From: an uncultured Gemmatimonadales bacterium
Lineage (GTDB): Bacteria > Gemmatimonadota > Gemmatimonadetes > Longimicrobiales > Longimicrobiaceae
Assembly (NCBI GenBank): GCA_963716255.1
Contig: OY970303.1
Coordinates: forward strand, 3,808,001-3,872,000
Direction of reading: 5' to 3'
DNA length: 64,000 nucleotides
The translations under genes and the position numbers were made by a program. Position 1 is the first letter of the stretch, and each line of letters opens with the position of its first letter. This document shows positions 9,391 to 18,833 of the stretch, piece by piece. The notes under the pieces are model-generated. The model searched no databases. It saw only the letters and a program-made list of their open reading frames with translations, and was not told where the DNA came from.

Positions 9391-10548
9391 TCAGATGCGG
9401 AGCGTCGGGGCGGCCGCCAGAGGCGGCGTCGCGAGCGGACTTTCGGGTGGCTCGTACAGGAGGAGCGCCTGGACGGCGCGCATGGCGGCGCGCCCGTCCC
9501 ACCCCTCGGGGCAGTGGACGCCGGGCCGGGCGCGTCCCTCGCCCCACGCCTCGCGGAAGGCGGCGAGGATGGCGTCGGTCCGGAGCGGGGCCTGCACGGT
9601 GCGCTGGCTGCGGTCGCGCGGGCCGGGACGGTCGGGGCGGGTGCGCAGGGCCACGCAGGGAATCCCCATCCCCCGCGCCATCACCTGCATCTCGGCCGAG
9701 TCGCTGACGAGCACGCCCGCGCCCTCCACCAGCGAGAGCATCTCCGAGTACCCGTCGGGTCGCGGGTCGCACAGGGCGTCCAGGAGCCCCGCGAGCCCGA
9801 ACTCCTCCACCCGCGCCCTCCCGCCGGCCGGGAGCACCACGGCCACCGGGAGTTCCTCCGCCACGCGGGCCAGCCCCTCCAGCGCCGCGCGCAGCGTTTC
9901 CGGGGTGCCCAGGGTGGCGGGGTGCTCCAGCGTGGCCGCCACGTAGCCGCCGCGCAGCAGCCCGAAGCGCCCCGGGTAGCCCAGCCCGATGGCGCGCGGG
10001 AGGAGCGAGAACAGGGTGTCGATGAGCATGCTTCCCACGAACACCACCCGGTCCTTCGCGATCCCCTCGCGGGTCAGGCTGGCGAAGGCCTCGTAGCTGG
10101 GGGTCAGGAGCACGTCCGAGAGGTGGTCCATGAGGATGCGGTTGGCCTCGTCCGCCACGCGCCAGTCGCCCTCGCGCATCCCGGCCTCCAGGTGCGCGAT
10201 CCGGAAGCCCACCTCCGCCCTCAGCTTGGAAAGCACGAAAGCGCAGGTGAGCGCCGCGTCCGTCTCCCCCATCAGGATGATCCAGTCCGGGCGGAGCCGC
10301 GAGGTGACCGGCTCCAGCGCCTGCATGGCCTGCACGATCTGCTGCGCGTGGCTCCCCGGGTCGATCTCCAGGCAGAAGTCCGGCCGGGGCACCTGGAGGT
10401 CGGCGAAAAGGGTGTCCAGCGGGCGCAGGTCCTCCGCCCTCCCGGTGAAGGCGAGCATCCCGTCCTCGCCGAACTCGCGCAGCGCCGCGAAGATCGGCGC
10501 GGCGCGCACCAGGTCCGCCTGGGCCCCGAGCAGCAGAAGGGTTCGCAT
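9391..10548 (-). CDS. UDP-GlcNAc 2-epimerase-like protein (WecB family), divergent
   Basis: Fold landmarks GSHAQQ, IAHLEAGMR, EANRILMDHLSD, FVGSMLIDTL are present, but several canonical motifs are altered. Confidence 0.75.
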   Translation of the reverse strand: MRTLLLLGAQADLVRAAPIFAALREFGEDGMLAFTGRAEDLRPLDTLFADLQVPRPDFCLEIDPGSHAQQIVQAMQALEPVTSRLRPDWIILMGETDAALTCAFVLSKLRAEVGFRIAHLEAGMREGDWRVADEANRILMDHLSDVLLTPSYEAFASLTREGIAKDRVVFVGSMLIDTLFSLLPRAIGLGYPGRFGLLRGGYVAATLEHPATLGTPETLRAALEGLARVAEELPVAVVLPAGGRARVEEFGLAGLLDALCDPRPDGYSEMLSLVEGAGVLVSDSAEMQVMARGMGIPCVALRTRPDRPGPRDRSQRTVQAPLRTDAILAAFREAWGEGRARPGVHCPEGWDGRAAMRAVQALLLYEPPESPLATPPLAAAPTLRI

Positions 10549-10552
10549 CGGC

Positions 10553-11938
10553 TCAGTCGGCGGCGAAGGAGGCTTCGGCGGCCGGCGCCGACCGGTACTC
10601 GCCGGAAAGGCCCACCACCCGCGCGGTTCCCTGCAAGCCGCGCATGGTCCCGCGGGTGTCCACCACCAGGTGCGCGTTCTCGGCCACCCTGCGGTAGCTG
10701 ACCGCAGAGTGGTCGGTGACCACCACCACCGCGTCCATGGTCTGCAGGATGCAGTCGGAGAGCTCCACGCTGCGCATGGGGAGGTTGCGCAGCGGGGTGT
10801 GGCCGTCGTCGCGGATGACGGGGCAGTGCGGGTCGTGGTAGAACACCCAGGCGCCGCGCTCCTGGAGGAGCTGCATGATCTCCAGGGCGGGGCTCTCGCG
10901 CAGGTCGTCCACGTCCTTCTTGTACGACACGCCCAGCACCAGCACCCGGCTTCCGCGCACCGCCTTGGCGTCGTCGTTGAGGGCGTCGGCCACCTTGCGC
11001 ACCACGAAGGCCGGCATCTCGGAGTTGATCTCGCTGGCCACCTCGATCATGCGCGTCTTGAAGGCCAGCGTCCTCATCTTCCACGAGAGGTAGTGCGGGT
11101 CCAGGGGGATGCAGTGCCCGCCGAGCCCCGGCCCCGGGAGGAACTTCATGAAGCCGAACGGCTTGGTCCCCGCCGCCTCCACCACCCCCCAGACGTCCAC
11201 CCCCAGCCGGTCGCACGCCTGGGCCATCTCGTTGACCAGCGCGATGTTGACCATGCGAAAAGTGTTCTCGTACACCTTGACCAGCTCGGCCGCCTCCGTG
11301 CTCTCCACCGGCACCATGGTGTCGAACACGCGGGCGTAGAAGGCGAGCCCCGCCTCCAGGCACGCCGGGGTGACGCCGCCGATGACCTTGGGGGTGTTGC
11401 GCGTCTGCCAGCGGATGTTGCCGGGGTCCACGCGCTCCGGCGAGAAGCACAGGAAGAAGTCCTCGCCCACGCGCAGCCCGCTCTCCTCCAGGATGGGGAG
11501 GACCACCTCGCGCGTGGTGCCGGGGAAGGTGGTGCTTTCCAGGATCACCAGCTGTCCGGGGCGGAGCGCGGCCCGGATCGCCTGCGCCGCGGCGACCACG
11601 TAGGACAGGTCGGGGTCCTTGGTCTTGTTGAGCGGCGTGGGGACGCAGATGGAGACCACGTCGCACTCCGCCAGGCGCTCCAGGTCGCAGGTGGCGTCCA
11701 GGAGCCCCTCGCCCACGTATGCCCGCACCACCTCGCTGGGCACGTCCTGGATGTGGCTCTCGCGGCGGTTGATGCGAGCGACCACCTGCTCGTTCACGTC
11801 GACGCCGACCACGCGGTACCCGCTGCGCGCGATCTCCACCGCGAGCGGGAGCCCCACGTAGCCCAGGCCGATCACGCCGGCGACGGCCGTGTTGTCTCTG
11901 CACTGGTCAAGCAGCATCTGGTGCGCCTGGTTCGTCAT
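10553..11938 (-). CDS. nucleotide-sugar (UDP-N-acetylhexosamine) 6-dehydrogenase, WecC/WbpA-like
   Basis: GLGYVGLP, CVPTP, ESTTFPGTT, SPERVDPG, KVYENTFR, GGHCIPLDP, YKKDVDDLRESP. Confidence 0.95.
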   Translation of the reverse strand: MTNQAHQMLLDQCRDNTAVAGVIGLGYVGLPLAVEIARSGYRVVGVDVNEQVVARINRRESHIQDVPSEVVRAYVGEGLLDATCDLERLAECDVVSICVPTPLNKTKDPDLSYVVAAAQAIRAALRPGQLVILESTTFPGTTREVVLPILEESGLRVGEDFFLCFSPERVDPGNIRWQTRNTPKVIGGVTPACLEAGLAFYARVFDTMVPVESTEAAELVKVYENTFRMVNIALVNEMAQACDRLGVDVWGVVEAAGTKPFGFMKFLPGPGLGGHCIPLDPHYLSWKMRTLAFKTRMIEVASEINSEMPAFVVRKVADALNDDAKAVRGSRVLVLGVSYKKDVDDLRESPALEIMQLLQERGAWVFYHDPHCPVIRDDGHTPLRNLPMRSVELSDCILQTMDAVVVVTDHSAVSYRRVAENAHLVVDTRGTMRGLQGTARVVGLSGEYRSAPAAEASFAAD

Positions 11939-12034
11939 CTGGACTTGTCCGGAGGTGCCGCGTGTGGCCGGACGCGGTCAGCGGGCAAGGTGCCCGTGCT
12001 CGGCCCGCCGACGTGTGTTCGGGCCCCCACCACA

Positions 12035-12050
12035 AGCACCCCCCGTGCCG
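12035..12050 (-). promoter_or_regulatory. candidate sigma-54 promoter (nucleotide-sugar operon)
   Basis: CGGCACG-GGGG-GTGCT, close to consensus and near-identical to 55102-55117. Confidence 0.7.
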
Positions 12051-12182
12051 GACGCCGGCGCGGCGGCGCGGAACCGGACGGCGTGCGCGGGAGCGGCGGG
12101 ATCGTGCTCTGCCGCCGCCCTCTCGCGGCCCCGCCGCCGCGCGCCCCCGGGGCCCGCCGGCCCCGCCGCGCCGCCGCATAAC

Positions 12183-12220
12183 TGTGGAGCCGATCCAACA
12201 GGTGTTGACGGTGGGGTACC
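12183..12220. promoter_or_regulatory. tandem 18-bp palindromes, candidate enhancer (UAS)
   Basis: TGTGG-agccgatc-CAACA gg TGTTG-acggtggg-GTACC; 12192-12207 is the exact reverse complement of 8141-8156. Confidence 0.65.
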
Positions 12221-12373
12221 CCCCGGGCCCCGGGGCCGGCCTTCATTCCTCCCCGGGCGACACGCCGCGGCCCCTGTCGCCGCGGGGGGGCGGGGTTTAT
12301 CGTATGGCCGGGGCGCGCCTCTCCCGCCGGCGCTGCAGCCCCGGCCAGCAAGCCACCCACACGCGACACGCTC

Positions 12374-13021
12374 ATGGCCGAGACACTCGCCGCGCTCCGG
12401 GAGCGGTTCGCGGGATCACGCGCGTACGCGGTGCTGCGGGCGCTGCGCCGCACTCCGGATCGTCTCCTCCACCCCGGGCGAAGGCGGGCCGCACTGCGGG
12501 AGCTGCGGGAGTCGGACCGGCCCAACACCGTGGTGTTCGTGTGCTACGGCAACATCTGCCGGAGCCCGTACGCCGCGGCGGCCTTCCTGCGCGCGCTCCC
12601 CCCGGAGCTGGCGGGGATCCGCACCTCCTCCGCGGGGATGGTGGGGGCGAACCGGCCGGCTCCCCGCGAGGGGATCGCCGTGGCGGGGCGGCGGGGGATC
12701 GACCTGTCGGGCCACCGCGCGACGCTGCTCACCCGCGAGGCGGCGCGCACGGCCGGGCTGGTGGTGGTGATGAGCGAGGACCAGCGGCGCTCCGTGGTCC
12801 ACGACTTCGGGCGCGCGCCGCGGGGAATCGTGGTGCTGGGCGACCTGGACCCGCTCCCCATAGACCTGCGCACCGTGCGCGACCCCTGGCGCCAGCCGGA
12901 GGCGGCGTTCGAGGACAGCTACGCCCGCATCGACCGCTGCGTGCGCGAGCTGGTGAACGCGCTGGCGGGGGCGGGCTCCACGCCGGAGGACGCCCCGGGA
13001 GAGGCCGCGGGGCGCGCGTAG
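12374..13021 (+). CDS. low-molecular-weight protein-tyrosine phosphatase (Wzb-like)
   Basis: P-loop VCYGNICRSP, GIDLSGHRA, DPW. Confidence 0.9.
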   Translation: MAETLAALRERFAGSRAYAVLRALRRTPDRLLHPGRRRAALRELRESDRPNTVVFVCYGNICRSPYAAAAFLRALPPELAGIRTSSAGMVGANRPAPREGIAVAGRRGIDLSGHRATLLTREAARTAGLVVVMSEDQRRSVVHDFGRAPRGIVVLGDLDPLPIDLRTVRDPWRQPEAAFEDSYARIDRCVRELVNALAGAGSTPEDAPGEAAGRA

Positions 13022-13271
13022 CGCCCGCGCACCACCCCGGAGTGTTGGAGCGGCGCATCACCTGCCGGGCGTCCGCACGCCCCGGCCCCCCACGATCCTC
13101 CGCTTCCCGCCGCAACCGCGACCTCCGCACCGCGCCGGAACGCGTGCCCCCGCGGCGAGATCCGCCCCCGCCGCCGGCCCTGCCCCGCGGCCGCGGGCGC
13201 CCCGCGCAGCCCGGCCCGGTCCCTGCTCCGGCGGGGCGCGGCAACCACGCCGCGACGACCGCACCCCGATC

Positions 13272-14120
13272 ATGCACCATCACTTCACCGTCGACGTAGA
13301 GGAGTACTTCCAGGTCTCCGCCATGGAGCCGCACGTCCCCCGCGCCCGCTGGGACTCCATCCCCGGCCGCATGGAGGCGGGGACGCGCCAGCTCCTGGAG
13401 ATGCTGGCCGAGCACGGCGCGCGCGGCACCTTCTTCGTGCTGGGGTGGATCGCCGAGCGCCACCCCGCGCTGGTGCGCGACATCGCCGCGGCCGGCCACG
13501 AGGTGGCGTCCCACGGCTGGGGACACCGCCGCGTGACGCACCTCACCCCGGAGCAGTTCCGCCGCTCGGTGCGCGCCTCCAGGGAGGTGCTGGAGGATCT
13601 TGCGGGGGCGCCGGTGCTGGGCTACCGCGCGCCCAGCTTTTCCATCGCCGCGGGGTGCGAGTGGGCGCTGGACGTGCTGCTGGAGGAGGGGTACCGCTAC
13701 GACTCCAGCCGCTTTCCCATCCGCCGCCGCGGCTACGGCTTCGCCGGGGGCGGGCGCGACCCGCACTGGCTGGAGCGGGAGGCGGGCCGCCTGGGCGAGG
13801 TGCCGCCCGCCACCCTGCGCGTGGGCGGCAGCAACCTCCCGGCGGGAGGCGGGGCGTACTTCCGCCTCTTCCCCTACGCGCTGGTGCGCGCCGCCTTCCG
13901 CGAGGCCGAGCGCCGTGGCGCGCCCGCCACCTTCTACATCCACCCCTGGGAGCTGGACCCGGAGCAGCCGCGCATCCCCGTGCCGCTCACCACCCGCATT
14001 CGCCACTACGGCGGGCTGCGGCGCACGGTCCCGCGCCTGCGGAAGCTGCTGGGGGAGTTCCGCTTCCAGCCCATCGCCCGCACCCTGGAGCTGGAGGCCG
14101 CCCCGTGCCCGGCACGCTGA
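13272..14120 (+). CDS. PEP-CTERM/XrtA-system polysaccharide deacetylase (DUF3473 type)
   Basis: FTVDVEEYFQV, TFFVLGW, HEVASHG, GYRAPSFS, GGGAYFR, FYIHPWELDPEQP. Confidence 0.92.
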   Translation: MHHHFTVDVEEYFQVSAMEPHVPRARWDSIPGRMEAGTRQLLEMLAEHGARGTFFVLGWIAERHPALVRDIAAAGHEVASHGWGHRRVTHLTPEQFRRSVRASREVLEDLAGAPVLGYRAPSFSIAAGCEWALDVLLEEGYRYDSSRFPIRRRGYGFAGGGRDPHWLEREAGRLGEVPPATLRVGGSNLPAGGGAYFRLFPYALVRAAFREAERRGAPATFYIHPWELDPEQPRIPVPLTTRIRHYGGLRRTVPRLRKLLGEFRFQPIARTLELEAAPCPAR

Positions 14121-15169
14121 GCGAGGCGCCCGCCGGGGCCCCGCCGCGCATCCGCGAGGCGGCGGCGGACGACGCCCGCTGGGACGCCTTCGTGGCCGGG
14201 GCGGAGGGGAGCACCTTCTGCCACCTGGCCGGGTGGCGCGAGGTCATGGCGGAGGTGATGGGGCACGAGTGCCTGTACCTGGCCGCCGAGGCGGAGGACG
14301 GGAGCTGGGCCGGAGTGCTCCCCCTGGTGCGCGTGCGGGGCGGGATCTTCGGGCACTACCTGCTCTCCATGCCCTTCCTCAACGACGGCGGCCCGCTGGG
14401 CCCGGCCGGGGTGCGCCGGCTCCTGGCCGCGCGGGCGGTGGAAGAGGCGCGCCGGATGGGGGTGGACCTGCTGGAGATGCGCGTGCGCGAGCCGCTGGCC
14501 GGCGACGCCCTGGCCGAGTCGCAGCGCAAGGTGACCGTGCTCCTCCCCCTCCCGGCGACGGCGGAGGAGCTGTGGGAGAAGGGGTTCCGCGCCAAGCTGC
14601 GCAGCCAGATCAGGCGGCCCCAGAAGGAAGGGCTCACCACGCGCTTCGGCGCGGACCAGGCGGAGCCCTTCTACGAGGTGTTCGCCCGCAACATGCGCGA
14701 CCTGGGGACGCCGGTGCTCCCGCGCGCCTTCTTCGAGCGGATCGCGCGGGTCTTCCCGGAGCAGGCGCGCTTCGCCGTGGTGTATTCCGGCGACACGCCG
14801 GTGGCGGCGGGGTGCGGCTTCGCCTGGCGCGGGGAGTTCGAGATCACCTGGGCCTCGGCGCTGCGCGAGTTCAACTCCGTATCCCCCAACATGCTCCTGT
14901 ACTGGGCGCTGATGGAGCGGGTGATCGGCGAGGGGGTGCGGACCTTCAACTTCGGGCGGTGCACGCCGGGAGCCGGTACGCACCGCTTCAAGCAGCAGTG
15001 GGGCGGGAGCGACGTGCCGCTTCCCTGGGCGCAGTGGTCGGCGGGCGGAGTGGCGGCCACGCCGTCGCCGGACCGGCCGGTGTTCCGCCTGGCGACCGCC
15101 GCCTGGCAGCGGCTCCCCGTGCCGGTGGCCAACCTGGTGGGCCCCGTGCTCGCCCGGCGGCTCCCCTGA
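14105..15169 (+). CDS. FemAB-family (GNAT) PEP-CTERM-system protein
   Basis: GTG start overlapping the upstream gene; LSMPFLNDGG, KLRSQIRRP, NMRDLGTP, PNMLLYW, FNFGRCT, HRFKQQWG. Confidence 0.88.
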   Translation: MPGTLSEAPAGAPPRIREAAADDARWDAFVAGAEGSTFCHLAGWREVMAEVMGHECLYLAAEAEDGSWAGVLPLVRVRGGIFGHYLLSMPFLNDGGPLGPAGVRRLLAARAVEEARRMGVDLLEMRVREPLAGDALAESQRKVTVLLPLPATAEELWEKGFRAKLRSQIRRPQKEGLTTRFGADQAEPFYEVFARNMRDLGTPVLPRAFFERIARVFPEQARFAVVYSGDTPVAAGCGFAWRGEFEITWASALREFNSVSPNMLLYWALMERVIGEGVRTFNFGRCTPGAGTHRFKQQWGGSDVPLPWAQWSAGGVAATPSPDRPVFRLATAAWQRLPVPVANLVGPVLARRLP

Positions 15170-15182
15170 CGGCGCGCCCCGC

Positions 15183-16361
15183 ATGCCGCTGAGGCACCAG
15201 CTGGCGGTGTATTCCCCCGTCTCCCTGCGCGCGGGCGGGCGCGCCGCGGGCGACGCCCTTCGCCGCGGCACCGACCCGCGCTCCCTGCTGCTGGTGGAGC
15301 TGCTGCGCGACTACGCCGCCCGGAGCGGCGCGCTCTCCGGGAGCGGCACGCAGGCGCTGCAGCTCGCGCTGGCGGAGGCCCGGCGGCGCGGCGGGGACGC
15401 CCCGGTGGCGCTCCCCGCCTTCAGCTGCTACGACGTCGCGGCGGCGGCGGTGGGCGAGGGCGTCCGCGTGGCCCTGTACGACGTGGACCCCGACACCCTC
15501 GCGCCCGACCCGGCGTCGCTGGAGCGCGTGCTCGCGGCCGGGGCGGGGGCGGTGGTGGCGGGGCCGCTGTACGGGGTGCCGCTGGAGTGGGACTCGCTGC
15601 GCGCGGCGGCGGACCGGCACGGCGCGCTGCTGGTGGAGGACGCGGCGCAGGGGCACGGCGCGTCGTGGCAGGGCCGGCCGCTGGGGAGCCTGGGCGACCT
15701 GAGCGTCCTCAGCTTCGGGCGGGGGAAGGGATGGACGGGCGGACGCGGCGGGGCCCTCCTGGGCCGGGGCGGGGCGGCCGCGGCGCCGGGCGCGCTCCCC
15801 GTGCCCACCCCCGCCGACGAGGCGAGGACCGCCGTGCTGGTGGCGGCGCAGTGGCTGCTGGGGCGGCCGGGGGTCTACGGGATCCCGGCCTCCATCCCCG
15901 GCCTGGGGCTGGGCGAGACGACCTACCACGACCCTTCACCGCCCGCGGGGATCACCCGCGCCGCCGCGGCGCTCCTCCGGCACGCGCGCGAGGGCTCGCG
16001 CGGCGAGGCCGCGGCGCGGCGGGCAAACGCCGCGGCGCTGCTCGCTCGGCTCCCCGTGGGCCGCGGCGCGCGCGCCGTGCGCGTGCCGGCGAGCGCGGAG
16101 GCGGGGTGGCTTCGCCTGCCGCTGCGGCTCCCGCGCGGCATGGACGGGCTCGCCTCGCCCGCGCGCGCCCGGCGCCTGGGGGTGGCGGCGAGCTACCCCA
16201 CCACGCTGGCGGCGCTGCCGCAGCTCCGCCCGCTGCTGGCGGGGCCGGAGACGCGCTGGCCCGGGGCGGAGGCGCTGGTGCGCGAGCTGGTCACCCTCCC
16301 CACCCACTCGCGGGTCACGGCCGCCGAGCGCGAGGAGATCCTGGCGATGCTCCCCGGCTGA
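15183..16361 (+). CDS. DegT/DnrJ/EryC1/StrS-family aminotransferase-like protein
   Basis: SGTQAL, VEDAAQGHGA, SFGRGKG (PLP lysine region), LVTLPTH. Confidence 0.8.
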   Translation: MPLRHQLAVYSPVSLRAGGRAAGDALRRGTDPRSLLLVELLRDYAARSGALSGSGTQALQLALAEARRRGGDAPVALPAFSCYDVAAAAVGEGVRVALYDVDPDTLAPDPASLERVLAAGAGAVVAGPLYGVPLEWDSLRAAADRHGALLVEDAAQGHGASWQGRPLGSLGDLSVLSFGRGKGWTGGRGGALLGRGGAAAAPGALPVPTPADEARTAVLVAAQWLLGRPGVYGIPASIPGLGLGETTYHDPSPPAGITRAAAALLRHAREGSRGEAAARRANAAALLARLPVGRGARAVRVPASAEAGWLRLPLRLPRGMDGLASPARARRLGVAASYPTTLAALPQLRPLLAGPETRWPGAEALVRELVTLPTHSRVTAAEREEILAMLPG

Positions 16362-16542
16362 ACGCCGCCCCGGACCCCTCCGGATCACGGAGTGGCCGGT
16401 ACGGTTCGTCCGCCCGGCGCGGAGTTGCGCCTTCTCCGGGGCCTGATTATACTTGCGGCGCTTCCCGGCACCAGAAAGTGAGGTTGAGCACCGCGTCTTC
16501 CCGACGCGGTGCGCTGCTTTTGCCGGAGTGTGCCTCTGCGCA

Positions 16543-16570
16543 CCGAAGCCCGACCCCGGCAGACGCCGGG
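16543..16570 (-). repeat. degenerate 5' fragment of the structured element
   Basis: ccgaagcccgaccccggc-agac-gccggg is the reverse complement of the element's first hairpin and linker. Confidence 0.6.
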
Positions 16571-16683
16571 ACCCGGCATGCCGGGTGTCCGCGAGCTGCT
16601 CGCTCGACGAGCGCGGCGGACGTTTCCACCGCGAGCGCGGCTCGACCCCGTACGGGTCGCAGCGCGCCGCACCCAATACCACA

Positions 16684-16773
16684 CGCTGCTCAGAGCAAAG
16701 CCGTCGAAAGGCGGTGACGCAGAGCCACGGGACTAACGCAGGGTTTCCTGCCAGGTTAGCCGGGCCGCCAGCG
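16684..16773 (+). ncRNA. GEMM / c-di-GMP-I-class riboswitch aptamer, A20 variant
   Basis: P1 cgctg/cagcg; cagAgcaaa; P2 ccgtc-GAAA-ggcgg; gacgcagagcc; receptor gactaac; P3 gcagg/cctgc; gccgggccgcc. Lies about 180 nt upstream of ATG 16955. Confidence 0.9.
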
Positions 16774-16954
16774 ATGCGATTCCCCGCCCGGGACTCGTAG
16801 CTGGCGGCCTGTTGTCGTTTTCCCAGGCCGCTCCCTGCTACAGCCCGGTCGTGGACGCCCACGCCCTGCGCACTTCCGCGCAGGGCCCGGGCACTGGCGT
16901 TCCGGAGCCGCGGCCCCGGAAGCGTTCACGGCATCGAGACGTAGGAGTGGGTCA

Positions 16955-18187
<1,233 letters not shown>

Positions 18188-18215
18188 CGTCCTGACTCCT
18201 TCCGCCGCCAGCGCG

Positions 18216-18252
18216 GACCGGGGCCCCTGCGATCGCCGCAGGGGCCCCGGTC
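18216..18252 (+). terminator. hairpin after 16955-18187
   Basis: gaccggggcccctgcg/cgcaggggccccggtc, 16-bp stem; weak U-tract. Confidence 0.6.
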
Positions 18253-18565
18253 GCGTTCCTGCCTGGAGGCCTCCGGCTCCCCGTCCGGCGCGGGCCCGGC
18301 TTCAACGGCGACGCGGCCGCCTACCGGACCGCCCGGCGCTCCGGCTCCGGAGGCGGACTCCGGCCGGAACCGGGCCGTCAGCTTCGGGACCGGCGTCGGG
18401 CAAAGGCGGGACGCGATGCCGCGGGCCAGTTGCATCTCGCAAAGTTTCCGGGATCGTGCAAGTGTGCGAAGGGGCTTCCGCGTGCGTGTCCGCCACGTGC
18501 GGAAAACACGTAAGCTGCGCGCACGCAGTGTTTTGACGTCTCATTGACGGGCGTCTCCCCGCCGC

Positions 18566-18581
18566 TGGAACACCCGTTGCC
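18566..18581 (+). promoter_or_regulatory. candidate sigma-54 promoter upstream of riboswitch 2
   Basis: TGGAACA-CCCG-TTGCC; predicted start site about 45 nt before the aptamer. Confidence 0.6.
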
Positions 18582-18635
18582 CATGCACGGGGTTCCGGAA
18601 GAGCTCCTTCCGGCCGCACCCCTCCATATAGACTT

Positions 18636-18726
18636 CGCTGCCCAGAGCAAAACCGTCGAAAGACGGTGACGCAGAGCCACGGGACTAACACAGGCCTCGC
18701 CTGTCATGTCCGCCGAGCCGCCAGCG
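18636..18726 (+). ncRNA. GEMM / c-di-GMP-I-class riboswitch aptamer, A20 variant
   Basis: P1 cgctg/cagcg; cagAgcaaa; P2 ccgtc-GAAA-gacgg; gacgcagagccacgg; receptor gactaac...catgtc; P3 acagg/cctgt (covaries with copy 1). Confidence 0.9.
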
Positions 18727-18833
18727 TCGCGATTCCCTTCCCGGGGACTCGTGGCTGGCGGCGTTCTGCGTCCAGCCCACCCGACGGGACGGGATCCGGA
18801 GGTCCGGATCCACCTCATCCGCCAGCTGGGCCC

